Made by a program: the position numbers and the translations under genes | Origin: Longimicrobiales bacterium | GTDB lineage: Bacteria; Gemmatimonadota; Gemmatimonadetes; Longimicrobiales; Gaopeijiaceae | Direction of reading: 5' to 3' | DNA length: 64,000 bases | NCBI GenBank assembly: GCA_965203485.1 | Contig: OZ241892.1 | Coordinates: forward strand, 32,001 to 96,000 | The notes under the pieces: generated by a model | The model's database searches: none | The model's input: the letters and a program-made list of their open reading frames with translations, nothing else | What the model was told of the DNA's origin: nothing | Shown here: positions 40,938 to 50,591 of the stretch, one piece after another | Position numbering within the stretch: the stretch's first letter is position 1 | Layout of the letters: each line of letters opens with the position of its first letter

Positions 40938-41870
40938 ATGACTGGCGGTCCAACGAAGAAGGTTCGGGGCCGAACACTCGTGTCAGCAGTAACGACAACT
41001 ACTATTGATGCGACGATTCAAGCGGCATCTGCACATCTCGGTTTTCCTCTAGAGTCGGGCATATCTCAGCTGGCAACAACATTCTGTGGAAACCTGATGA
41101 AGGAAAACCTGATAGCAGTGCTGACAAAGGCACTAGATTACTGCAACAGAGATCCCCACCGGAAAGCAGACACGATAGGCGATCCAATGACCACTCGGGA
41201 GCTTATCGAGGGGGCGGCGAGGGCTGGATCAGAATCAGAGCAAGAACTGTTTGCACGGGTTCTGGCAGGCGAATTCGAAAATCCAGGCACAACACAAAAA
41301 CGACTTGTTGCAACGATTAAAGAACTAGACAAGTCAGAAGCCCAACTGTTTATCGACAGCATGGAGACTGCTGTCAATGGCGTCTTCTACTGCCGTGACA
41401 TAAAAGAAGCACCATCCTTCCAGGACTTAGAGTGCCTCCACGAGGCTGGACTGTTGACAACCCCACATCGAGGGCTTGGAAGTTCATTCTTTCACCCCAC
41501 GGCGGAGGTCACACGAATGCCCGGAACGTATGACCTAATACCAATGTTTGCGTGGGCAGCCAGTATACCCATGAAACAGCTGGTTCTTGAAGAGGTTCAC
41601 CGCCTATCACTCATGGGACACCAGCTCCGCAAGTGCTTAAAAAGAGGACCGTCGATGGCCACAACAAAAAGCTTGGTAGAGAGCTTGGCGGCGAAAAACG
41701 TCGATGTGTACCTTTGCTACCCTGTAACTCAAGAAGAACTCATTGGCCACCCCCTGGCAACAAAGATTGCAGGCCAACCAAACCATCTGGCATTCAGGTG
41801 CCGTCGTGCCCAACAGGTTCTTGCCGAGATGGAAAACCCAGAAGACAACCAAACCAAGGAGACCGAGTGA
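40938..41870 (+). CDS. DUF2806-like hypothetical protein, low GC
   Basis: EQELFARVLAGEFENPG...IKELDKSEAQLF resembles the DUF2806 motif. Visibly AT-richer than the flanks. Confidence 0.55.
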   Translation: MTGGPTKKVRGRTLVSAVTTTTIDATIQAASAHLGFPLESGISQLATTFCGNLMKENLIAVLTKALDYCNRDPHRKADTIGDPMTTRELIEGAARAGSESEQELFARVLAGEFENPGTTQKRLVATIKELDKSEAQLFIDSMETAVNGVFYCRDIKEAPSFQDLECLHEAGLLTTPHRGLGSSFFHPTAEVTRMPGTYDLIPMFAWAASIPMKQLVLEEVHRLSLMGHQLRKCLKRGPSMATTKSLVESLAAKNVDVYLCYPVTQEELIGHPLATKIAGQPNHLAFRCRRAQQVLAEMENPEDNQTKETE

Positions 41871-42088
41871 CGAAGACGCTGTGGGGTGCCGACCGGCCAC
41901 CTGTCCAGGCCCGGGCTATCGCCTACTTCGCGTTCTTCCGGCGGCATCCCGACTGGAGTGCGGCTTGGCCCGCATCTTCGGTGGACGCCGGGTCGATCTG
42001 CGGACCCGAAGACCTGAATCCCTACTTCAGGCAGGAGGTCATGGACCGTGCGGAGGTTCGCTATCCAGCACCCGTGTCGGACGACTAG
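41870..42088 (+). pseudogene. Minimal nucleotidyltransferase (MNT antitoxin-type) C-terminal remnant
   Basis: LARIFGGRRVDLRT, a frameshift, then PEDLNPYFRQEVMDRAEVRY. A second shorter remnant lies at 39518-39575 (52/58 nt identical). Confidence 0.6.
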
Positions 42089-42218
42089 CGAAAACGGACA
42101 AGGCGCCCGGACATTTTGAACCCGCGAAATCTGACGTGTCCGGCGGCGGCGGTTCTGGCTGGACATCGAGACTTGCGAAATTGGACAGCCATATGGACAT
42201 TTTGGACATGCGAAATCG
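42084..42218. promoter_or_regulatory. GGACA-array motif, two tandem copies (D and B), upstream of Fic gene
   Basis: ACTAGCGAAAacGGACAaggcgcccGGACATTttgaacccgCGAAATC and GGACATcgagACTTGCGAAAttGGACAgccatatGGACATTttggacatgCGAAATCG. Confidence 0.65.
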
Positions 42219-42281
42219 ACGGCGAGCGCGGACCGACGGCTGGCCGGCTGTTCGGCCCTTCTGTCCCCGACGCTTCCTCCC

Positions 42282-43625
42282 ATGAACCCACACGCTTACC
42301 AGACCAGCCACCCCTGGATCAACTTCTCGATCAACCTGGACCGGGCTTCGCCCCGGCTGTGGGCCTTGCTGGGGCAAGCCGTGGCCTTCTGCGAACAGGT
42401 CTCGGGGGCGGTCTTGACGCCGCGCGCCGCTGGGGGACTCTACCGGACGTACCTCGTCAAGGGCGCCAGGGCGACCACCGCCATCGAGAACAATCCGCTG
42501 ACGGAGGAGCAGGTAGGCCAGGCGCTCGACGGGACCCTCGACCTGCCGCCGTCGCGGGCGTATTTGGGACAGGAAGTGCGCAACATCTTGGACGCCTGCG
42601 AGGACATTCGGGACCAGATTCTGGCCGGAGCCGCCCCGCGGCTCACGCGAAAGTGGATCGCCGACGCGAACCGGGCCGTGCTCGGGGGGATGGAGGAGGC
42701 GCTGGGAGAGGGAGTCGTTCCGGGGGAGGTGCCCGCGTTCGAGGTCGGGGTCGGCCGGTATCGGGCCGCGCCGAGGGAGGATTGCGACTACCTGCTGGAC
42801 CGCCTCTGCCGGTGGCTGGACGAGGACGACGTGCCGGGTCCGAGGACGGGGACGGCCGAGGGGACAGGGACGGCCGCAGTGGACATGCCCCAAGCAGAGC
42901 CGTCCAGCGCGTCGGACAACGGAATCCCCGCCGACGTGGCCGCCTCGACGGATTCCCCGGCGCCCGCCGGTAACGTCTTCCAGGACGCCCGCCGCCGGCG
43001 CATGGCGGAGGGCGTCCTTAAGGCGACGCTGGCTCATCTGTACATTGCGTGGATTCACCCGTACGGAGACGGCAACGGGCGGACGGCGCGGCTGGTCGAG
43101 TTCATGCTGCTGGCGCGGGCCGGAGTGCCGTTCCCGTCGGCACACTTGATGAGCAATCACTTCAACCTCACGCGCAACCGCTACTACCGTGAGCTGGACC
43201 GGTCCAGCCGCGCGGGCGGCCACGGACGCGACGCCGACCGGGGAGATGCGCTCGGATTCGTGGAGTACGCCGTCCGAGGGTTCGTGGACGGGCTCGCCGA
43301 TCAGTGCCGGTACATCGAGCAAGTGCAGTTGGGGTTGGCGTGGGAGCACTTCGTGTTCCACACCTTTCGGCAGACCAAGCAGACGCCGGCGACTCGGCGG
43401 CGAAGAGAAGTCGTGCTGGCGTTGTCTCCGCCGGACGAGCCGGTCCGGAAGCGGGACGTGCCGTCGCTCACGTCGCAGGTGGCGCGCATGTACGCCGACA
43501 AGACCGCCAAGACGCTGACTCGCGACCTCAACTGGCTGGTCGGCGCGGGCCTGATCGAGCGGGGGTCGGAGGGCTACCGGGCGCGCATGGAGCAGATGAA
43601 GGCGTTCCGGGCCTGGAGGGACTGA
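42282..43625 (+). CDS. Fic family protein with C-terminal wHTH
   Basis: Fic motif HPYGDGNGRTAR. C-terminal KTLTRDLNWLVGAGLI. Confidence 0.9.
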   Translation: MNPHAYQTSHPWINFSINLDRASPRLWALLGQAVAFCEQVSGAVLTPRAAGGLYRTYLVKGARATTAIENNPLTEEQVGQALDGTLDLPPSRAYLGQEVRNILDACEDIRDQILAGAAPRLTRKWIADANRAVLGGMEEALGEGVVPGEVPAFEVGVGRYRAAPREDCDYLLDRLCRWLDEDDVPGPRTGTAEGTGTAAVDMPQAEPSSASDNGIPADVAASTDSPAPAGNVFQDARRRRMAEGVLKATLAHLYIAWIHPYGDGNGRTARLVEFMLLARAGVPFPSAHLMSNHFNLTRNRYYRELDRSSRAGGHGRDADRGDALGFVEYAVRGFVDGLADQCRYIEQVQLGLAWEHFVFHTFRQTKQTPATRRRREVVLALSPPDEPVRKRDVPSLTSQVARMYADKTAKTLTRDLNWLVGAGLIERGSEGYRARMEQMKAFRAWRD

Positions 43626-43628
43626 CCG

Positions 43629-46600
43629 ATGGCGCTCGAAGCCGACGCGACCTTCGCCGGAATCCACAACGAGAACGAGTTCTACAGCCACCACTACCTG
43701 TCGGAGATCTTCGCCGGCGACATCAAGGAGACGATCAAGCGGTGGCAGGACGAGGCGGGGCGAAGAGGGGCGTCGGAGGACGAGAGGCGGACCCGGACGG
43801 CCCCAAGGGACGCGCCGCCGGCGAATCCGTCGGGCGCCCGCCGAACCGCTACGCAACGCCCCGTGCCCCACGCGGCCCTCCGCGCCTTGGCGACCGACTA
43901 CGCCCGGTTTCGGGACGCCTTCGAGCGACGGGCATCTCGGCGGACGGGCGTTCGGCAGACCGCCCACCAAGTCCACGCCGACCAGATTGCCGCCCAGCGC
44001 CAGTGGTTTCGCCGCTTCCTCGGCGCTCTTGGCTACGAGGCCGACTGGGGACCAGCCAACCTCCCGCTGGACGACGGCATCGAACTTCCCGTGTTGTGCG
44101 CCGCCGGCCGTAGCAGCGCGGGCGCACCCCAGCTGCTGGTCCTGGAGGCCTACGACGCCAGCGCGGAAGGCGACGACCCGCTGTCCGTCAGGCCCCATCC
44201 CGCCCAGTTCCACGGCGAGGCGCCTCCGCCGCCGGCGCTGCTGGACGAGCGTTGGGAAGACGTGGCGACGCGCCGCGCATTCGGCCAGAAGCACCCGCCC
44301 CGCTGGCTCCTCCTGCTGTCGTTCGGCCAAGTGCTGCTGCTCGAACGAAGCAAGTGGACCCACAACCGGTTGTTGCGCTTCGACTTCGCCGAGATCCTGG
44401 GCCGCCGCGACGACCCCACGCTCAAGGCGGCCGCCGTCCTGCTCCACCGCGACAGCCTGTTGCCCCCGGACGGGCAAAGCCATGGCCTGCTGGACCGCTT
44501 GGACGAGAACAGCCACCAGCACGCCTTCGCCGTCTCCGAGGACTTGAAGTACGCGCTCCGCGAGTCGATCGAGCTGGTCGGCAACGAGGTCGTCCGGTAC
44601 ATGCGCGAGGTGCGCCACGACAAGCTCTTCGGCCTGGACGACGACGCCATGGCGGGCCAGCTGGGCCTGGAATGCTTGCGCTACATGTACCGCCTGCTCT
44701 TCCTCTTCTACATCGAGGCGCGCCCGGAGCTCGGCTACGCGCCCGTGGCCTCCGACGCCTACCGCAAGGGATACAGCCTGGAGCACCTGCGCGACCTGGA
44801 GATGGTGCGGCTCGACACGCCCGAGTCCCGCGACGGCCACTACATCCACCACAGCGTGGAGCGGTTGTTCCGGCTGGTGCGCGACGGCTTCGACGGCAGC
44901 AACTGGGGCGGCAGCGAGGACCTGCTGGCGGGCGTGGACGAGGGGCGCTCCAACGGCTCCGAGCCCGCGCTGCGCTTCGGCTTTCGCGTGCGGCCGCTGG
45001 ACAGCCGGCTGTTCCGCGAGGGATCGACGCCGCTGATCGACAAGGTGAAGCTGCGCAACGAGGCGCTGCAGAAGGTGATCCGGCTGATGTCGCTGACGCG
45101 GGCGGCGAGCGGACGCAGCGGCAAGGGCGGCGCCGGCAAGGGTCGCGGACGCGGCGCGGGCAAGCGTCGGCGCAGGGGGCGCATCTCCTACGCGCAACTG
45201 GGCATCAACCAGCTGGGCGCGGTGTACGAGGCGTTGCTGTCGTACCGGGGATTCTTCGCCGAAGAGGACTTGTACGAGGTCAAGAAGGCCGGGACCGCGC
45301 ACGACGACCTGGACGCCGCGTTCTTCGTCGGCGCCAAGGACCTGGAACAGTACTCGGAAGACGAGCGCGTCCACGACCGGGACGAGGACGGCCGCCTCAA
45401 GCTCCGCGTCCACCGCAAGGGCACGTTCGTCTACCGCCTGGCCGGCCGCGACCGCCAGAAGTCGGCCAGCTACTACACGCCCGAGTCGCTCACCCGCTGC
45501 GTGGTCAAGTACTCCTTGCGCGAGCTCGTCACCGACGACATGCCCGCCGACGACATCCTGCGCCTGACCGTGTGCGAGCCCGCCATGGGCTCGGCGGCGT
45601 TCCTGAACGAGGCCGTCAACCAGCTCTCCGAGAAGTACCTGGACCGCAAGCAGCGCGAGCTGGGCCAGCGCATCCCCCACGACCAGTACGCCGACGAGTT
45701 GCAGAGGGTCCGCCACTTCGTCACCGACCGCAACGTCTACGGCGTGGACCTGAACCCGGTCGCCATCGAGCTGGCCGAAGTGTCGCTGTGGCTCAACTGC
45801 ATCCACGAGGACGGCCACGTGCCCTGGTTCGGCTATCAGCTGGCCTGCGGCAACTCGCTGGTGGGCGCGCGCCGGCAAGTGTATCCGACGGAGAAGGTGC
45901 GCAAGGCGAAGGGCCAGAAGAAGGCGGACCTGTGGTTCAACGAAGCGCCGGAGCGCGTGGAGCCGGGGCCGGAGGCGCGCCGTCCGCCGGGCGCCGTCTA
46001 CCACTTCTTGCTGCCGGACCCGGGGATGGTCGGGTACAAAGACAAGGCCGCGAAGGCGATGGAGGCGGCCAACTTCGAGCGCATCGCGGCGTGGCGCCGC
46101 TCGTTCTTCAAGGCGTTCTCCCCCGAGGAGACGGCCGATCTCGAACGGCTCTCCGACAAGGTCGACGAACTCTGGGCGATGCACGCCGAGCAGCTGGGCC
46201 GCGACCACAGGGAGACCGAAGACACCCTGCCCGTGTGGGGCCAGCCCGCCTCCGCGCGTCCGCGCCGCACCACCAACACCTGGAAGGACCGCATTCGCAC
46301 CCAAGGCATCTTCGGCGACGGCGACGGCGTGCGGACCGCCAGTCCCTATCGCCGCCTGAAGCTGGTGATGGACTACTGGTGCGCGCTGTGGTTCTGGCCG
46401 ATCCGCGAGGCTGACCGCCTGCCCAGCCGCGACGAGTTCCTGGCCGAGATCAGCTTGGTGCTGAAGGGCGACGTCCAGCAACCCGGCGTCGGCCCCGACC
46501 AGATCGGCGACCTCTTCGGTGCCGAATACGCCCAGCACGCCGAAGAGATGGCCCGCCGGATCACCAACGAGACCGGGATGCTGGACTTGCGGAAGCTCTT

Positions 46601-48770
46601 CGCCGAGTTCCCCCGGCTGCGGTTCGTGAACGAGCTGGCGCAACGGCGCCGGTTCCACCACTGGGAGCTGGCGTTCGCGGACTTGTTCGCCGAGCGGGGC
46701 GGATTCGACTTGGTGCTGGGGAACCCGCCGTGGGTGAAGGTGGAGTGGGAGGAGAAGGGCGTGCTGGGGGAGAAGAATCCGGCACTGGTGTTGCGGAAGG
46801 TGTCGGCGAAGGACGTGACCGAGTTGCGAGGGGAAGCGTTCGAGCGGTACGCAGGGTTGCAGGGGGCGTGGCTTTTTGAGATGGAGGAGGCCGACGCGAC
46901 GCAGGCCTTCTTGAACGGAGTGCAGAACTATCCGTTGCTGAAAGGCCAGCAGACGAACCTGTACAAGTGCTTTCTGCCGCAGGCGTGGATGGCGGCCCGA
47001 CAGGACGGCGGGGTGACGGGGCTCCTGCATCCAGACGGCGTGTACGACGATCCGAAGGGCGGTGCGTTTAGGGAAGCGTTGTATCCCAGGTTGCGGGCGC
47101 ACTTTCAGTTCCAGAACGAAAAGCGGCTGTTCCCGGAAGTAGACCACCACACCGAGTTCAGCGTCAACGTGTACGGAGGCTTGCGCCGACAACCGGCGTT
47201 TCAGCACATCGCGAACCTGTTCCAGCCGCAGACCGTGGACGCCTGCATGGAGCACGACGGCCACGGCCCGGTGCCCGGCATCAAGGACGACAAGGGGAAG
47301 TGGAACGTGGCCGGGCATGCCCAGCGCGTGCTTGAAGTGGACCTGGACGCTCTGGGCAACTTCGCCAAGCTCTACGACAAAGGCGGAACCCCACCCATCA
47401 GGGCCAGACTTCCCGCGCTTCACGCCAAGACGTTGCTCGGTGTCCTGACGAAGCTGGCGGCCCATTCAAAGCGGCTGGGGGACTTGGGAGACGACGTTTT
47501 CTTTACCGGCCATTGGCACGAGACCATGGCCCAACGCGAAGGCATGATTCGTCGCGAGACGCGGTTTCCGACAACGACGAGCGAGCTAGTGCTGTCTGGT
47601 CCGCACTTCTTCGTCGGGAATCCGCTCCACAAGACGCCGCGCCGTGAATGCAAGCTGAACAGCCACTACGATGTGCTGGATCTGACTACCTTGCCGGAGA
47701 ACTACCTGCCGCGGACGAACTACGTGTCAGCGTGCTCTTCGGAAGAGTATCGGAAGCGAACGCCGAGTGTGCCGTGGAGCATAACCGGAAGGGAACGCGT
47801 GACAGAGCACTATCGCGTGATCAGCCGCGAGATGGTAGGGTCCACCGCCGAGCGGACGCTGATCACGGCCATCATCCCCGAGAGCGTAGCGTTGATACAC
47901 ACTAACGTCGCTACCGCCTTCCACAACATCTGCGACATGCTCGACTTCGCCGCACTCTCCATGTCTGTCGCGCTCGACTTCTTCATCAAGACTACGGGCA
48001 CCGCCCACGTCAGCCCTTCTTGGCTTGCCCGCCACGCCATCCTGCCCGACACCTGTCACCCGTCAATTCAATCGGCACTCCGCCTCCGAGTCCTGCGACT
48101 TTCTTGCTTGACCAGCCACTACGCCGCTCTTTGGCAGCAAGCCTGCGGCGGATACATCCGCTTCCATTCCGGCAACAACGTGATCCCTGCCATTGATGCA
48201 TTCCGCGCGGACTCCTGGGCCACTGACGACCCCCGCCTCCCAAACGACTTCTCGACCCTCGATCCCACCTGGTCCCGAGACCGCGCTCTCCGCACCGATT
48301 ACGCCCGCCGCCAAGCCCTCATTGAGATCGACGTGTTGACCGCGATGGCCCTCGGCCTTACTTTGGACGAACTCCTCACCATCTACCGGGTCCAGTTCCC
48401 CGTCATGCGCCAATACGAAGCCGACACATGGTACGACGCCAACGGCCGCGTCGTCTTCACGTCGTCGAAGGGCCTCCCCGGCGTCGGCCTGCCCCGCATG
48501 GCCGTCAAGAACGACACCACCTGGGCGATCCGCACCCCCAACGACGACCGATCCGCAATCGCCCTGGGATGGAACGACATCCGTGACTTCGACGAGGGCG
48601 TCGTCACCCGCACAGTCGCCGCCGACACCCTGCCCGGCGGCCCAGTCGAGTGCGTCATCGAATACAAAGCACCGTTTTTGCGTCCGAATCGGGAGAAGGA
48701 CTACCACCAAGCGTGGGTGGCGTTTTCAAGTCGGATGGATGAGGGCCAACGGCCGGAGCAAGTCACGTGA
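43629..48770 (+). CDS. Large N6-adenine DNA methyltransferase (type IIG/DrmMI/PglX-like), 1713 aa
   Basis: QLGAVYEALL, ASYYTP, motif I CEPAMGSAAFL, YGVDLN, CGNSL, motif IV LGNPPW, NLYKCF. Confidence 0.92.
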   Translation: MALEADATFAGIHNENEFYSHHYLSEIFAGDIKETIKRWQDEAGRRGASEDERRTRTAPRDAPPANPSGARRTATQRPVPHAALRALATDYARFRDAFERRASRRTGVRQTAHQVHADQIAAQRQWFRRFLGALGYEADWGPANLPLDDGIELPVLCAAGRSSAGAPQLLVLEAYDASAEGDDPLSVRPHPAQFHGEAPPPPALLDERWEDVATRRAFGQKHPPRWLLLLSFGQVLLLERSKWTHNRLLRFDFAEILGRRDDPTLKAAAVLLHRDSLLPPDGQSHGLLDRLDENSHQHAFAVSEDLKYALRESIELVGNEVVRYMREVRHDKLFGLDDDAMAGQLGLECLRYMYRLLFLFYIEARPELGYAPVASDAYRKGYSLEHLRDLEMVRLDTPESRDGHYIHHSVERLFRLVRDGFDGSNWGGSEDLLAGVDEGRSNGSEPALRFGFRVRPLDSRLFREGSTPLIDKVKLRNEALQKVIRLMSLTRAASGRSGKGGAGKGRGRGAGKRRRRGRISYAQLGINQLGAVYEALLSYRGFFAEEDLYEVKKAGTAHDDLDAAFFVGAKDLEQYSEDERVHDRDEDGRLKLRVHRKGTFVYRLAGRDRQKSASYYTPESLTRCVVKYSLRELVTDDMPADDILRLTVCEPAMGSAAFLNEAVNQLSEKYLDRKQRELGQRIPHDQYADELQRVRHFVTDRNVYGVDLNPVAIELAEVSLWLNCIHEDGHVPWFGYQLACGNSLVGARRQVYPTEKVRKAKGQKKADLWFNEAPERVEPGPEARRPPGAVYHFLLPDPGMVGYKDKAAKAMEAANFERIAAWRRSFFKAFSPEETADLERLSDKVDELWAMHAEQLGRDHRETEDTLPVWGQPASARPRRTTNTWKDRIRTQGIFGDGDGVRTASPYRRLKLVMDYWCALWFWPIREADRLPSRDEFLAEISLVLKGDVQQPGVGPDQIGDLFGAEYAQHAEEMARRITNETGMLDLRKLFAEFPRLRFVNELAQRRRFHHWELAFADLFAERGGFDLVLGNPPWVKVEWEEKGVLGEKNPALVLRKVSAKDVTELRGEAFERYAGLQGAWLFEMEEADATQAFLNGVQNYPLLKGQQTNLYKCFLPQAWMAARQDGGVTGLLHPDGVYDDPKGGAFREALYPRLRAHFQFQNEKRLFPEVDHHTEFSVNVYGGLRRQPAFQHIANLFQPQTVDACMEHDGHGPVPGIKDDKGKWNVAGHAQRVLEVDLDALGNFAKLYDKGGTPPIRARLPALHAKTLLGVLTKLAAHSKRLGDLGDDVFFTGHWHETMAQREGMIRRETRFPTTTSELVLSGPHFFVGNPLHKTPRRECKLNSHYDVLDLTTLPENYLPRTNYVSACSSEEYRKRTPSVPWSITGRERVTEHYRVISREMVGSTAERTLITAIIPESVALIHTNVATAFHNICDMLDFAALSMSVALDFFIKTTGTAHVSPSWLARHAILPDTCHPSIQSALRLRVLRLSCLTSHYAALWQQACGGYIRFHSGNNVIPAIDAFRADSWATDDPRLPNDFSTLDPTWSRDRALRTDYARRQALIEIDVLTAMALGLTLDELLTIYRVQFPVMRQYEADTWYDANGRVVFTSSKGLPGVGLPRMAVKNDTTWAIRTPNDDRSAIALGWNDIRDFDEGVVTRTVAADTLPGGPVECVIEYKAPFLRPNREKDYHQAWVAFSSRMDEGQRPEQVT

Positions 48771-49624
48771 ACTGGTCACTGGAGCACTACAACTTCATCT
48801 GTTACGGAAGTGCCGACGATTCAATATTTGAGAAAGCTACTGGCAGAAGTTCGTTTCCGGCGGAACGATTGTTCGAGTACACAGACGATAGCGTGAAAGA
48901 TCGGTACGCTGATAAGACAAAACAGCTCGCAGCTTTGCCTACGGCCGTGGTGGCGGAGGTGCAACAGCCCACCACGACGCCACCAGCCTTACTGACCAAG
49001 ATCGGTAACATAAAGATTGGCAAGGAGATACACTTCGACTATCAACATTACGTATCCGGCAAGTTCACTTCTAGGCGTCTTTTTGAAACACTGAAAGATG
49101 TCGAAGAACGGGAACGCTACCGAACGCACTGGGCGGTCAAGCAGGGCAACCTAGTTGAAGAAGTATTCCAGATCATGAAATCGTTACCGGTGTATCCGAA
49201 AATGTTCAATGTGTCTGGATTGCTTCAACAACGACAAGCAATTGCTGTCATGATGCCTTTCTGTACCACCTTTGATCCAGTACATGATGCCATCAAGAAT
49301 GCTTGTGAAGATATGATCAAGCCCGTTCGAGTCGATGATCTCTATGGCCCCGACGTGATCGTAGATAGCATATTCAGAACTATCGAAGAGGCGCAGTTAG
49401 TTGTAGCGGACGTGACCAACCAAAACGCAAACGTGCTTTACGAGACGGGCTTGGCTCACGGTCGAAATCGGGATGTCGTATTCCTGACTCAGAATCCAGA
49501 TCACGTACCATTCGATCTTAACAGGATTCGCTATATCAAGTATGAATCTAACGACGAGGGATTAAAGAAGCTTACAGACGACTTGAAACAGACAATCGTC
49601 GAATGTTTGCGGAAGCATGACTAG
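48767..49624 (+). CDS. Hypothetical protein with C-terminal nucleoside-deoxyribosyltransferase/TIR-like domain, low GC
   Basis: VMMPF...RVDD...IEEAQLVVADVTNQNANVLYETGLAHG...VPFDL...RYIKY. GTGA overlap with MTase stop. Confidence 0.7.
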   Translation: MNWSLEHYNFICYGSADDSIFEKATGRSSFPAERLFEYTDDSVKDRYADKTKQLAALPTAVVAEVQQPTTTPPALLTKIGNIKIGKEIHFDYQHYVSGKFTSRRLFETLKDVEERERYRTHWAVKQGNLVEEVFQIMKSLPVYPKMFNVSGLLQQRQAIAVMMPFCTTFDPVHDAIKNACEDMIKPVRVDDLYGPDVIVDSIFRTIEEAQLVVADVTNQNANVLYETGLAHGRNRDVVFLTQNPDHVPFDLNRIRYIKYESNDEGLKKLTDDLKQTIVECLRKHD

Positions 49625-49635
49625 ATCTAATTGTG

Positions 49636-50083
49636 TCATCGGGCCAGAGTTGTCGGCGATTGATGGTCCTTGGGGGCTGGTTGCCTCACATCACTGCGGC
49701 AGTCGCGCGCGAACGACGCGTCCACGTATGCGTCGAAGAGACCCCGTTGCCTTGCTTCCCCCGCCAAGTCCCTCAGCACCCGTTCGAGCACGCCCGTCCG
49801 GACCCAAGTCTGGAACGTCCGGTGCACGGTCTTGTAGTTCGGATAGCACTCCGGCAGAAAGCTCCACTGGGCGCCCGTGTGCAGAATCCACAGTACTGCC
49901 TCGAACACGTGGCGGGCGGGCACCGGCGGCCGCCCCCGCCGCTTCCCCTTTTGCGCTTCCTCGGGAAAGTGGTGGCGAATCCGCTCCCACTGCTCGTCGC
50001 TCAGCTTCACCGTCGTCATGCCTCGATGATAAAGCAACTCCCCGGCCCATCGCAACCCATCATGCTTTTTGAGATAGGTTCTA
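49636..50083 (-). mobile_element. Truncated IS5-family element (DUF4096 transposase N-terminus, one terminal repeat)
   Basis: MTTVKLSDEQWERI...GRPP..RHVFEAVLWILHTGAQW..LP..YPNYKTVHRTFQTW (start 50019). End sequence TAGAACCTATCTCAAAAA on the minus strand at 50083-50066. DDE domain missing. Confidence 0.8.
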
Positions 50084-50094
50084 ACGAGGATCCG

Positions 50095-50415
50095 ATGAGC
50101 CTTGGGGAGAAGATCCGTGCGACCCGATTGGAACGAGGCATGTCGCTTAAGCAGCTCGCGGCCAAGGTTGGGTGCTCGCCGCCGTTTGTGTCGGACATTG
50201 AGTTGGGCCGCCGATTTCCGTCGGAGGCTACATTGGCGTCGATTGCCAAGGCTCGAGAGCGGGACATGTCTGTGGACATTTTGAGCCATCGAAATCGCGG
50301 GCCCGTCGCCACCCCAAGGGTATCCGGCGTCGGCATTGCGGGTCCCTCAAAGGTCGTAGAATCGGCCCTTTGGGGAGACTACGAGGCCCGAAGGGCAAGC
50401 AATCCAGCCATGTAG
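50095..50415 (+). CDS. XRE-family HTH regulator (C-terminus possibly degraded)
   Basis: MSLGEKIRATRLERGMSLKQLAAKVGCSPPFVSDIELGRRFPS. Confidence 0.7.
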   Translation: MSLGEKIRATRLERGMSLKQLAAKVGCSPPFVSDIELGRRFPSEATLASIAKARERDMSVDILSHRNRGPVATPRVSGVGIAGPSKVVESALWGDYEARRASNPAM

Positions 50416-50591
50416 GCGTCCCGTCCGATGTGCGAAGTTGATCTGTGGGAGCCGGGACTCGGCCGCCCCATCATGGGCAGATCAGCCGATCAGGGGGAGA
50501 TGGCGGACATGACGCTCGTGGAAGCAACCGAAGGGAATCCGGCCCCGGTCGCGGCTTCCCGGTGGCGGAGCACGGCAATGGTGACCGGCAC

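Noticed and set aside
42039..47465. 1808-aa minus-strand ORF
   Set aside because: Antisense to Fic and MTase, which carry clear motifs.
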